Shown here piece by piece: positions 50,367-62,956 of a stretch of 64,000 bases of DNA. Under the pieces are notes generated by a model. That model had not been told where the DNA came from. It searched no databases and saw only the letters and a program-made list of their open reading frames with translations. Both the position numbers and the translations under genes were made by a program. The DNA comes from Rhynchopus sp. YZ270_cl-10 (Eukaryota). Position 1 is the stretch's first letter. Every line of letters begins with the position of its first letter. Where the stretch lies: NCBI GenBank assembly GCA_964035575.1, contig OZ037837.1, positions 1 to 64,000 on the forward strand, written 5' to 3'.

Positions 50367-52931
50367 ATTCTCCCTCGGAAGGCTGCCAAAAAAAACAAAA
50401 AAAAGGGCAGTTTTGTGAGGATCCTCAGTATCAGAAAAATGGAGCCCAAGAGTGTGTGTTTGATGTAGTGTGTAGGTTGTCAGAAGTGTGAAATGAAAAA
50501 GGGGGGGGAGACAAATATTGTCTGTAATTCTGGAGGGTGTGTGGTGTGTGGTAAACGACAAACAGAGCGGCAAGAATGCTCCACAAGGCTCTCCACAAGG
50601 CAAGAACTCCGCAAATGCATGCAACGTTGGTATAGAGCAAACCTTCGTCTACAGTAGGACAACAAATATCGGAGGGGTAAAAACCCTCCTTACAATTTTG
50701 AAATCCCAAAATCCACCTTAGTTTTTACCCCATCGGTGTTTGTTGTCTTACTGTATATGCCAGCAGCAATGGGACAGCAAGCTGAAGACCACGATGACGG
50801 AACGAGCGTACGAAACCACAAGCGAGAAGAACCGGCTCGCGCAAGATGTGGTGTGCAGCACATCGACAAAGTTGAACGCAGCTGAGCCATATCTCTCCAG
50901 TCAAACACCAAAACGCTTTCGCAGGAGCTGGGGCTGGCGATTATGTTCTAAAAAAAAACGATACCCCCCATTCTCTATTTATTCTTCGTCTGTCGTTTGT
51001 TGATCGGAATCCATACATGTTTTTTTTTTGAAACCCCCACAAGACCCGAAAGCCCCGCATCCTCAAGTGCGTAGAGAGAGGTGGAAGCACAAAAGGGGGG
51101 AGGGGAACGGTGAAGACTCATGAGCGACAAAGAAAAGACATGGTTTTTGTTTCATTTCAAGACGTATTTTTGCGGCCCATACTAAAATTCAAAAAAACAA
51201 AAAACAAAACAAAAAAGAATGCTGTGAAACAATTCTACCCGTGTTGCTGACAGCGGAATTATGGGCGGTTGGTGTTATGTGTTTGGAAGGGGGTGTCAAG
51301 GGAAGACGCAAAAAGAAGAAGGAAAAAACAAAAAAAACAAAACAAAACAAAAAATGCAAAAATTGATAGTGCAAAATACCTCAAAAAGGGCGCACTGAGC
51401 GAAAAAAAAAAAAAAAAAAAAAAAAAACAACAAAAAAAAAAGGTGCTAAAATATACCCCCTCCCTCATTGGAACAACCGCACGGCAGACTTTTGTCAGGG
51501 GGACTACTGGTAGTGCTACTGGCCCAAATGACTAGTGTTTACGACTAGTGTTACACCCACTAGTTTAGCACTAGTCGTTACGACTATGGTAGTTCCACTA
51601 GGTGTCCTCCTGACCAGAGTTCGCCGTACGCCTCAGAGTGTAGAGGACGTTAGTCTCAGGACGGTAGTAGACTAGAAATAAAGCAACTGATACCTTTTGG
51701 GTGTTATACGATAAAACTGCATTTTGATCGTAAAGTTCAAAAACGCAAAAAAACACGTATAAAAAAGGGGGACAGTTTTAGTTGCTTTCAAATATGCATT
51801 TTCGCCATTGGAGCAGGCACCAGATGCTCCACTGTACTGTGCAAAGCGGGGTTGGGGGTGTGACCACTTTGCCTTGAGGCTTGAGTGGGGCTTGAAGGAC
51901 TGGCACGTGGCATTCGTTCACTGCCAATCTGTAACCTATGCTGTAGGGGTGATCCGTACACTACCACGTACCACGTACCATGGCTACGTGGTGTAGGAGT
52001 TCAAAAGGTGGATCACTAAGGTTGAAAAAAAAAGAGGAAACGCTTTAGTAGGTGAAACCTCAGACAAGCCTCTCGTGATTACTACTAGACTGTAAGTCAC
52101 CTAAAAAAGTTGTTTCATATACTAACTATTCTACTGAATAGAAGGTATAATAGGGTGCACTAAATGTACCCCACCTAAAAAAGAAAAATGGTTGGTTCTC
52201 TCTGGTATGCATATTTGCTATTTTTTGTGCAGAATAAAGCAAAAAGCTATCACATTTTCATGTAAAGAAGGGTGTGTTATGAAGTTTTTCCTTCGGAAAA
52301 CGTATTCACGGTGACTGTATTTGCGTTGCACTGACTGCGAGAGAGACTTTGATGAAAAACGAAATTCGTAATTTTCTTTTTGAAAAAATAAATGTCGCTT
52401 GAAATACAAATGGACACCAACCAAGTGTATAAAATACAGTCTTCTTTGTAGGTCGAAGAAAAATGAGAACATAGACACGGCAATGAGTGAACCCAAAGGT
52501 GTAAGCACAACTGCCCGAAGGCAGAGAAACCAGATGAAAAAAATGAAAGATGAAAAAGGAAAAGTTTATGTGAACCTAAGCCTCTCGTGCTTGGCCACAA
52601 AAAAAGGTATAGTGGAGCGACAAACCACTGACAAAAAAAAAATCAAAAAAAAAATAGATGACTATGCCTGTGCACGCACATCCAATAAAGGGAAATGAGT
52701 CGACAAGAGTGAACTAAAGCCTCGTGTTCTTAGCTCCCTTGGCAACTGCTTGGAAAGTGTACAGAGATTGAACCCACTGAAGATAAGACGTAGTCGTTAT
52801 CTCGTTGCAGGTAGGGAGGCTCTGACAAAGAAAGGGGAGGGGTTTCGGATGGCAATAACTGTCTCCTTGGCCTTTGATTATGTTCCCGAAAAAAAAAAAC
52901 TTCTTTTGTTTCGTTCGGGAGGGGTCCACTC

Positions 52932-53558
52932 CAGGGGTTAAGTTAGCTTTTTTTTTTTCTCGCTGAGTCGGGTTTTCTGGGTTTTTTTCGGTTTTTCTGG
53001 ATTTCGAAAAATAACCCATTCCCTCCGCGAGCGCAGCGAGCGGGAAAATTTTTAAGGTGCACCCCCGGCTCGCGTAGCGAGCGGAAAAAAAATTCTGCAA
53101 TTTTTGGGCAAAGTTCAAAACCCCCACCAAAAAATGGGGGGACCCTGGGGATTTTTGGATTTGTCCTAACAATTTTGGAGCATAAATTTGAAGAACAGGA
53201 CTGGTGTACCCCTCACCAACCTCAGTTCCCACTTCCTGCCTCATCCGCACTCTCGCAACACAAGTACTGAACCCGAAGTTCGCCAGAGATCCCTGTTGCC
53301 TCTTCATATGAACAATTCCCAGTTCTGACGGGGGGTTTGTTTGGGTCGGGAGGATATTATTTTTCTTAGAGGGTGGGGCGGGAGGGGGCTCCGCCCCCAC
53401 CCCTACCCCACCTTCCCAGCCTACACCACCCAAAAATTTGGATTTTTTTAAATTTTTTTTCAGATTCCATTTTTTTTTTTTTTTTTTTTTTTTGAAAAAC
53501 CCGAAAACCCGAAAACCGGGTTTTGAAAACCCAGAAACCCGCCCTAACTTAACCCCTG
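52932..53558. mobile_element. hAT-like MITE
   Basis: 15-bp TIR CAGGGGTTAAGTTAG. Perfect 8-bp TSD GTCCACTC (52924-52931, 53559-53566). Confidence 0.92.
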
Positions 53559-56500
53559 GTCCACTCTTCTCATTGAAATTGGGCGATACCAAAATGCCCA
53601 CCTGAAAACGCCAAGCTACAAAAATTGCCACACTTCATCTCTTCATAGCTTGGCTGCGCGACGGTGAAGAAAAGTCTTTGTGGTTAAATAGTTGGCTTAC
53701 CACAAAGTAACACTATGTCACCATCATTCACTTCACCGTCGCGTGAGATGAGACATTAGGAAAGGGGGGTGTGTGCCCTGTAAGGGTGCGGGTGGGGAGG
53801 GGAGCATTTTCTTCTTTGGGGAGGGAAGAGAGGGGGAAAAACACCTGTCTTGAGGTGGGACTGTCCACAACGGGGCGTCTTGTTGGACACCATTCCACGC
53901 TGTTTCGTTCCGTATTTCGTTTGTTTCCCCCACACCAAAGGATTGTTGACACCATCTAGAGAAGAGGGAATCGCTGAGGGAGGACAAAGAGAAAAAACAG
54001 TGAGACTGTCTATGTGACAGCTGCACTGATCCAAACAAATTTTCGAGAAAAAAAAAACAACAAAATCTTGTGACATAAAAAACACAAAAATGAGGCTTCA
54101 TCGCGAAGTCAAGAATACACATCACGTCCTGAGCTGGACGTGACGTGACATTTAATTGCATCCAGCCCTTTTTGTAGCACTCCTCGTGAAACTCTATGAA
54201 GGTCCTGAGGGTGAAAGGTGCTGGGAATGCTACCCTTGGGTACTAAAGGCACACTACAGGTGTGGAGGGACCTGCTGGAGCCCTAGCCAGTGAACCCTGA
54301 GGAAACTGGGGTACGGACTGGAAGAGACCTCGGGAACCCTCCCTGGCTAGTACAATGATGAAACTTCACTCTTAAGTCCACACCCACGTGGCAGCCTGTT
54401 GGGAATGCGTCAGTAAGGACAGCCTTGACTGATGCTTTCTGTACACAGTGCACACAATTGTCTTTACGGCACGCAGACCACCTGTGTATAAAAAAAAAGC
54501 ACAAAAGTGATGTTGAAAGATGCCCCTTTAGCGTCTCGTGTAGTCAACTTTTAAAAGAAAGCTTGAAAGATGTATGTGCCTCTCGTGGGCACACATCTTT
54601 TTTTAGGAAAAGTAAAAAAAAGAGTATCCCTTTGTTTAAAAGGGAATATTAATATCCACAAAAATATGTAGAATTTTGCATAAGAAGTGCACAAATGAAG
54701 AAAAAATGAAAAAGCGAATTTTAAAAAAAAACTAAAACAAATATTGTGCATCGCGCACAAACACACCGAAAAGGGAACGGAATTTTCTTTTTTTTCTCCC
54801 ACAATAAAGAAAGCAACGATATGACCGGTTTGGGTTTATGTTACGTGTATTGTATTCTGACTGTCTTCTCTACCCATAAGCACAATCAAAACATCTTCTA
54901 CAGCAACAATCAGGGAGGAGGAAGGGAGGAAGGGAGCAATCCCTTTTTTTTGGGGAGTGAATCCTTTGTGGATCCCATCAACCCGAAAGGGAGGTTTATT
55001 TTTTATTTTTTTATTTTTTTTTTAATTTTTTTTTTACTTGGGGACTTTCCTCGCTTCATAGTGCGCTGTGGTAACTATTTTTTTTTTTTTTGAAGGAATA
55101 TTTTCAGGGTAGTAGCTTGAAAGGTGCACTTTTCAAATGTTGCTGGTTTGCTGGTTTAGAAAAAAAATTTCCCCAGTTGAAAGCGGTCGTCGCGCGCTTA
55201 GCGCGCGCCTCCCTGACAGCCAGAGTGGAGAGGTACAGGGTAAGGTTTGCGAGACAAAGAAAACGGGATATAATCCTTTGTTAACGGAGCTTGGTCTTGC
55301 ACCTTACGTTCCACTAACCGTATAAAATCAATACGTCTTCCAGAAGCAGGGGCTGTTGCAACGGTGGGTCATTTTGAAAAAACGGTCAACTTTTTGCAGC
55401 TTTGGCCAAGTTGCATTTTGAGACATTGTAAACTCTATTTTTTTGCGGAGCAAAAAAATAATATCAAGTGGCGCCGCAGGCGAAAAAAAATTAGGGTATG
55501 GTGCAAAAAATGTAGCTTTTTACACCACAGAGTCACTCAATGCACCCTTTTTAGGGGTTCGCTTACGTGGGAGGCTTTCTTCTGTGAGGAAAGTGGTGCA
55601 GGGGGGATGCGAAAAACTGAATCCCGAATCCCACTTTTTTTTTTTATTTTTCCCCAAACCAGTAAACCAGCTCGTTCTGGTTTTGAAACCAGCAAAAGTA
55701 CCCAAGCTATTTCCCTGAATATTTTTTAAAAAGAGACGCCACAGTCCACCATCCCCGCTGCCAGGATTTTGAGTTTTGAAAAAGTTCTGTTGATGGTCTC
55801 AGTCCAAGGAAAATGCCCACAGCGGGAAATAGGCGACTCAATAAATTATTGTCATCAATTTTACTTACAAATATTTTGCTAAAGCGAAAGTTTCTGGCGA
55901 AGCCACGGTGCGCAACATTTCAAAAAATGTGCTTAAAATTGCATTTTTTACAGCCAAACTATGTCATTGGGAGTGGTGGTATGCTTGCGCCGTTGACATT
56001 TTTGGGACCCGCAAATCCGCAAACCGGATGTTTGAGCATACACCTCTCCGTATCTTATTCTCCCGAGCTTTTTTGACAAGTAGAACGGTTCTGAACCACT
56101 CAACAGATTTTTTTTTTCTCGTTTTCAAAAAAGTTTTGTTGATGATCAACAGAACTTTGTTAGGTGGCGGGGCACACAAGAAAGTCAGCACAATAATTTG
56201 CACCCCAAGTACAAAGCAAAGCTTCTCAAACAAGTCTGATTGAGAGCAGAAAACAGAAACAAATACAAAAGTGGGGGGATGTTTTCCTCAGCAAAGAGAA
56301 ATGTTGTGGTAAAGATGACCAGAATGAGTCACCAAAAAAACGGGGGAGGGGAGGGCCAAGAACATTGCAGCACACAGAACAGATTGTTTTTTATTTGTTT
56401 TTTCCTAAATTTTTTTGCCGTTTCGCCTTTTGGGCATTCGGAACAAAAAAATATAAACATGATATACGGGTTTCAAATATATTCCTTGATGTTCGGATTC

Positions 56501-56941
56501 TTCACATCATCGTCATCACACATATTGAACATCATCACATGGTGGTGTCACATGTTGCGACTTCACCCTCAGAACACGACACTCACAAACAATTGAAGCC
56601 TCTTGTGAGGCAAAAATAAAAGCGAGTCGGCTTGCTGACCCAGGTGTTGCCGTACTGGATGTGATGGTATGCATATTGCAAGTTATGTTACATCATATGT
56701 TGTTCACACGTTGCGAGATGAACAATAAAAAGTTATAATGATAAATGATGCAAAACCCTTCTTAAGAACAAAAAGGATCACTATTGATATCATTTGAAAC
56801 CCACGAAATGACAAAAAAAATGAAATTAAAAGAACAAAACAGCAAAACAACCGAAGACGAATAAGCCATTTGCATACTATAAAACACACACACAGAACGA
56901 CAGTCTCTTCCCCTCACTTGCCCCACCCTTAATACATTTCT

Positions 56942-58879
56942 TTAAACACTCAGTGTCGCGGTCGCAGTTGGCTGTGTCCCCCTGCTGATCGAGTGTCTCG
57001 CCCTGTCGTTGACAGAGTTGAATCGCTCCTTAGGCGTGTACAGGGTGGTGGGGCTGGTAGGTCGGGCGAGCGGGAAGGAGTGTGGTCCCGACGTCGTCGG
57101 GCTTAGTTCCCCACCTGCATGTGTATGTGTCACAGACCTGCGTCTGCTACTGGGCGGGGCATGTAGACCACCAGGACTGCTACGACCACCACCACCGCCC
57201 CTCCCTGCCGTCACCAACTCAGCCACGTTGTCATGGTGTCGCACATCGCCTGCTGGTGCCCGCATCCCTACCAGAGAAAGCTCGCAGGATTGGATAAGAC
57301 TTGGACACTCGGAGAAGTTTCTGTCTGAGACTGGCAGCCAATGCGGGCTTGGTGGTACACTTGAGGGCGACTCTGGTGCTGGGAGTGGTGGAGACACTTC
57401 TAGTGCCGAAGACTCGTAAAGGACCTGCTTCTGCTGCTGCTGGACGACGTTGGTCTCTGTGGGTAGTGGTGTCTTGCGGCTCTTCTTGCACAGAAGGAAA
57501 CCTGCAACGAGGCCGAACGAGCAACACAACAGTGCTGCGGCGATCACAATGAGGAGCACCTCGATACCCACACTGTTGTCGTCGTTGCTGTCGTCCTTCG
57601 AAGCAGCATCTTGCACTGGGGATGCACCAGGTGACGGTGATGCAGGCGTCAGTGTTTCCCCTGGTGCCAACGTCGTGCCTGGTGCCAATGTCTCACCTGG
57701 TGTACCAGCTGGAGCTTCTGTGTCACCAGGTGCACCAGCTGGAGCCTCTGTGACAGCTGGCACCTTCGTCGGCATCACAACCACAACAGGCCGGGGTGTG
57801 GCAGGTACTTCCGTGGGTGCTGCTGTCGTGCCAGGTGCGAGGGTCTCCTTCTTATCCTTTTTAGGGAGAAGACGGTAGAAGAGGGGTCCGATGTTACGCT
57901 CAGAGATGACAGTCTGGAACATGTGTGTCGTGAGGCTGTACTCATCGATGCCTGCAGTGTTCACCTGCAGGATGCGTTCGGTGTCAATGACGGCGAAGGA
58001 GGGCTGCCGGATGGGACGGTCCTTGCCTGTGTAGGTGCCGAGGAACTGCGGCATGTCGCCCAGGACGATCTCGGGATCGTGTGTCGCGTCAAACTTGTAA
58101 AGTTCCGTTGCGCTGTCCGTCTGCGAACACACGTACAGCGCATCGTTGATCAGCTGCGGGTACCCCACGTCCTGACTCCCGTAGTTCGTCTCTGGAAACG
58201 TGTCATGCACATGAGGGTAGTACACCTCCTTCGAGTCCTTCTTCGCACTCACATACCCACCACCTTCCTTCCCCGTCCCCGTAGGCACGTTGTACGAAAT
58301 CCAGACAACGTTGTCCTCATCAGCATAGAGGCCGCCACCCACAGGGCCGGCAGCGGTCTTCAAGGAGAGGTATGTGTATTTGTCCTTGATGAGGCATTTG
58401 TCGTTGATCCAGTAGCATGGGCCCTTCTCCACGCAGTAGGTCTCGCTCGTGACGGTCGTGCAGCCGCGGAGGTAGTTGCCACGCACCTTCCAGCCGTTGA
58501 AGGTTGAAGAGCTTTCGTACGACGCAACGTACGCAGTGTGTGTCTTGGTGTTGATCGCAGTCCCGTAGAAGCCCTGCGAGTCCTTCACCTGCGGGCCAAA
58601 GTCGATCAGCTCAAACGGCGCGGTTGGGTCCTCCGCAAAGTTTGCCTTGAAGAACTCGTTCCCGCAGGTCACGCTTGCCCAGCCCTCAATCTCATCGATG
58701 CCCAGCCCGCGTGAGTCGTGTGAACAGTGTGCGCTTGCCCCAGACCATTGGTTGTAGTCCTCTCGTTCCTCACCTGAGGTGAGAACAGAAGAAAGCCCTG
58801 TGCTTGTCAGAAAGTACAGCCGTTCTGCCTCCACTGCTGCCACTAAAGCAGAAGTGCAGACTGCGAAGGCAAGCCGCAT
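56942..58879 (-). CDS. Type I membrane protein (645 aa): signal peptide, beta-rich ectodomain, Thr/Pro/Ala stalk, TM, Pro/Ser-rich tail
   Basis: Likely start is MRLAFAVCTSALVAAVEA (ATG 58879), just after a CA-rich tract ending in CAG. TM IEVLLIVIAAALL...FLLC. Confidence 0.8.
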   Translation of the reverse strand: MRLAFAVCTSALVAAVEAERLYFLTSTGLSSVLTSGEEREDYNQWSGASAHCSHDSRGLGIDEIEGWASVTCGNEFFKANFAEDPTAPFELIDFGPQVKDSQGFYGTAINTKTHTAYVASYESSSTFNGWKVRGNYLRGCTTVTSETYCVEKGPCYWINDKCLIKDKYTYLSLKTAAGPVGGGLYADEDNVVWISYNVPTGTGKEGGGYVSAKKDSKEVYYPHVHDTFPETNYGSQDVGYPQLINDALYVCSQTDSATELYKFDATHDPEIVLGDMPQFLGTYTGKDRPIRQPSFAVIDTERILQVNTAGIDEYSLTTHMFQTVISERNIGPLFYRLLPKKDKKETLAPGTTAAPTEVPATPRPVVVVMPTKVPAVTEAPAGAPGDTEAPAGTPGETLAPGTTLAPGETLTPASPSPGASPVQDAASKDDSNDDNSVGIEVLLIVIAAALLCCSFGLVAGFLLCKKSRKTPLPTETNVVQQQQKQVLYESSALEVSPPLPAPESPSSVPPSPHWLPVSDRNFSECPSLIQSCELSLVGMRAPAGDVRHHDNVAELVTAGRGGGGGRSSPGGLHAPPSSRRRSVTHTHAGGELSPTTSGPHSFPLARPTSPTTLYTPKERFNSVNDRARHSISRGTQPTATATLSV

Positions 58880-58898
58880 TTGTGAAGCATCTGTGTGT

Positions 58899-59013
58899 GG
58901 GTGGGTGTTGTGGGTGTTGTGGGTGTTGGTGGGTGTTGGTGGGTGTTGTGGGTGTTGTGGGTGTTGTGGGTGTTGTGGGTGTTGTGGGTGTTGTGGGTGT
59001 TGTGGGTGTTGTG
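58899..59013. repeat. 9-bp minisatellite (GGGTGTTGT)n upstream of a splice acceptor
   Basis: Read directly. It produces the spurious PQH repeat in the track ORF. Confidence 0.9.
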
Positions 59014-60600
59014 GTAAGGGAAGAGCAAAAGGAAGAGGAAGTCGTTTACGGGGTTTCATTATTTTCAGAGAATACCATGCAGCTGCAGATTGTCAGAAGA
59101 TAACTTTGAAGAAAACAAAAGCGCAAAAATGAACTAAAGTACCTAGCCTAGTAGGGGCAACAGGGCACTCTACAAGAGCAGTTGAAAGTGCAAATACTTC
59201 ACAGAATCAGCGGATGCAGGCACTAAAAAAAAATGAAATTGAACATCGCACCCCCGAATTTTCCTTTTTCTGTTTCCCTACCACAAAGCAATAACGGCAA
59301 TACCAATAAACAATAAAGGCAATAGGGGTCCATAAAATGTCGGTCAATGTAGGTGGTCCGTAAAATGTTGATTTTTTGGAAAAAAGCTTTTTTGAAAAAA
59401 ATCCGACATTTCACTGAAATTCACCCATGCATCTTCACCTACAGTAGGACAAATAAAATTGGCGACCAAAAAAATCGCCAAGAAAATTGCAAGAAAACCC
59501 CCAAAATCCGCCAATATTTTTTTGTCGCCAAGTTTCTTGTCCTACTGTACATTGTACGGACCCCCATGAACACAATAAAGACAAAAGGGAGAGGTTGTGC
59601 ACATACAACAGAAATTGAAACCGCACTCCTAATTTTCCTTTTTGTTGTTTCCCCACCCAAATAAAAACAATAAAACAAAACAAAAAACAATTAAGACAAT
59701 AAAGACAAAAGAGAGGGGGTTGGAGACGCACACACCTCGACCTGTCGGTGAAATGTGGCGCTCCTCCAACCCGCCCCAGAATAGGAAAAAAGGGAGGGGG
59801 TGTAGGGGTACGGTGTTCAATTTCAATTTAGCATTGCATGCAATCACATAGTTAAAACATTTGGGTCATAAACACCCCGTAAGCGGCCCAGTCCGTATCA
59901 AGAAACTAGTACTGTGCGCTTAACAAACCAGACAGTGGTAATTTTTTTTGGGGGGGGAATGAACAATTTTGGCCTAAAAAAATCGATTTGAGAAATATTT
60001 CTAAGTGCTCTGACACGAAAATATTGCAGGGCCGTTCATTACTTATTAGATGCAATCCTTTCCGAAGGTCACAATAGCGTAAAACCTACTAGGTAATTAC
60101 ATTGCTGAGTCAGTTCGTCTACACTCTGAAAGTGAGGTGTTCCACAAACCTGCGAAACACGTTTGTGCAAAATTACGCCAAAAACGACGCCAATTAGAAG
60201 TTGTACCCGCAAACCACAAGTAAAACCACAAGTACATCATTCACATCACCGTCGCGTGAGATGAGACATTAGGAAAGGGGGGTATGTGCCCTGTAAGGGT
60301 GCGGGTGGGGAGGGGAGCATTTTCTTCTTTGGGGAGGGAAGAGAGGGGGAAAAACACCTGTCTTGAGGTGGGACTGTCCACAACGGGGCGTCTTGTTGGA
60401 CACCATTCCACGCTGTTTCGTTCCGTATTTCGTTTGTTTCCCCCACACCAAAGGATTGTTGACACCATCTAGAGAAGAGGGAATCGCTGAGGGAGGACAA
60501 AGAGAAAAAACAGTGAGACTGTCTATGTGACAGCTGCACTGATCCAACAAATTGTCAATTTTTTTTGTAAAATAAAAGCAGTAAAATTATATTGAAAGAT

Positions 60601-60961
60601 TGGGGTGATCAGAGGTACTTTTTTGCAGCTCCAGTCACAAAGAATCATGAAAAATCACGAAAAATCACAAAATCCGGAATGCGAATCACAAAAAATCACA
60701 AAAAATCACAAAAAATCACGAAAAATCACAAAATCCGGAATGCGAATCACAAAAAATCACAAAAAATCACAAAAAATCACAAAATCCGGAATGCGAATCA
60801 CAAAAAATCACAGAAAATCACAAAAAATCACGTACGCTCACAAAAAACCCAAACAAAATCATAATTTCGTTTTTGTAAGCATTTGTAACCGTTTGTAACC
60901 GTTGTGATTTTTCGTGATTTTTCTTGACTCGAGCTGCAAAAAAGTACCTCTGATCACCCCA
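60601..60961. mobile_element. MITE with ~30-bp TIRs and internal (AAAAAATCAC)n repeats
   Basis: TGGGGTGATCAGAGGTACTTTTTTGCAGCT ... AGCTGCAAAAAAGTACCTCTGATCACCCCA. The empty site TTGAAAGATGCCCC is present in the paralogous segment near 54513. Confidence 0.9.
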
Positions 60962-62956
60962 AAGATGCCCCTTTAGCCTCTCGTGTATAGTCAACTTTAA
61001 AATTAGAAAAAGTAACAAAGGGATCCCTTCACAAGGGAATAAAAACTACGCCAGAAGGCTGGAAGTGCACGAATGAAGAACAAGAGTAGTGTTGAAACAT
61101 GCTCAAACGCATCTCAGTCGAGCCATGCAAAGAGTGGGACGTGATTAGTCCGTACCGTAAGAGAACAGAGGCGGTTCACAACCGCTCGGCAAATCACGCG
61201 ACCTCTTTATACCCTAAAAGGTCGGCTATAACGTTGCACGGTAGTTACCGTGCAACATCAGTGGGACCCAAAGAGCAATCATGGCTCAGTTCGACAAACG
61301 CGCACGTGCCACCCAATGCATGAAAAAAAATGAAAAAAGCTTTAAAAAACAACAAATATTGTGCATCGCGCACAAACACACCGAAAAGGGAACGGAATTT
61401 TCTTATTTTTATTTTCCCATAATAAAGGAAGCAACGATATGACCGGTTTGGGTTTATGTTACGTGTATTGTATTCTGACTGTCTTCTCTACCCATAAGCA
61501 CAATCAAAACATCTTCTACAGCAACAATCAGGGAGGAGGAAGGGAGGAAGGGAGCAATCCCTTTTTTTTTGGGGAGTGAATCCTTTGTGGATCCCATCAA
61601 CCCGAAAGGGAGGTTTATTTTTTTATTTTTTTTATTTTTTTTTGCTAAATTTTTAAACTGGGGACTTTGTTTATTGAGGTGGATTTTATTCCATGGAGTG
61701 AGAAAAATCTTTTTTTAGCCCTCTCGTGACAGTGTACTTGGTAGGAACGGCATCTGCGCCGTGGGTGGACCCCACGCCTAACCATACAGTCAGTCCTACA
61801 TCCATTTCGTGGTTTGCAGCTAAAGAAAGTCAGCACAATAATTTGCACCCCAATACAAAGCAAAGCTTCTCAAACAAGTCTGATTGAGAGCAGAAAACAG
61901 AAACAAATAAAAAAGTGGGGGGATGTTTTCCTCAGCAAAGAGAAATGTTGTGGTAAAGATGACCAGAATGAGTCACCAAAAAAAACGGGGGAGGGGAGGG
62001 CTAAGAACATTGCAGCACACAGAACAGATTGTTTTCTTAATTTGCAAAATAATGTTTTTCTAAAATTTTTGCCGTTTCGCCTTTTGGGCATTCGGAACAA
62101 AAATAAAAATAAAATGGGTGAAAGTCAAATGTATGCACATTGCGTATACATCTGACTGTTTTGTGCCCTCTTGTTCATGTATGTATACATTTGACTTTCG
62201 CCCAAATAAAATGTCACACATTGCGACTGGTTGGGAGACTGAGTCTGGACGTGAATCTGCAAGGTAGCCTGGTCTGTACCATTGCTATTGCCCACCATTG
62301 CCAAACCATGCACATCACTACACGGCGAACTAGTCAGGAGGAGTCACCACAGTCGTATCGACTAGTGCTAAACTAGTGGGTGTAACACTAGTCGTAAAAC
62401 ACTAGTCATTTGGGCCAGTAGCACTACCAGTAGTCCCCCTGACCAGTCCGCCATGTGCTCATGTTGTTTTCCTCTCTCGGAAGGTTCACCCTCAGAACAC
62501 GACACTCACAAACAATTGAAGCCTCTTGTGAGGCAAAAATAAAAGCGAGTCGGCTTGCTGCACCCAGGTGTTGCCGTACTGGATGTGATGGTATGCATAT
62601 TGCAAGATGACAAAAAAACGAAACAATGATAAATGAAAACGCACTACAAAAAAAGTGAAATTAATTTTAAAAAAACAGCAAAACCACAAAAGATGAAGAT
62701 GAATAAGCCGTTTGCACATTATAAAGCACAATACCCTGTGTAGCAAACACTGCGAGGTGACCTCCGTATTCAGGCAATCCACGTGTCCTACACGTGAAAA
62801 ACAGAACCAGGTCCCGGTATACTCTAGATAGAACAAAAAGAGCAGCCACACTGCCTCAGCAGCGCTGAAGATATGAGAGCGAATACCAAACAAAAACACA
62901 CACACAGAACAACTGTCTCTTTCCTGTCACTCGCCGCACACCCCTTGAGACATTAT

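Noticed and set aside
52714..53631. 305-aa ORF
   Set aside because: It crosses both MITE boundaries and homopolymer runs. At most, MKRQQGSLANFGF is a transposase-start relic.
58880..59059. N-terminal PQH-repeat extension of the 705-aa ORF
   Set aside because: It is a minisatellite upstream of a CAG acceptor. The signal peptide begins at ATG 58879.
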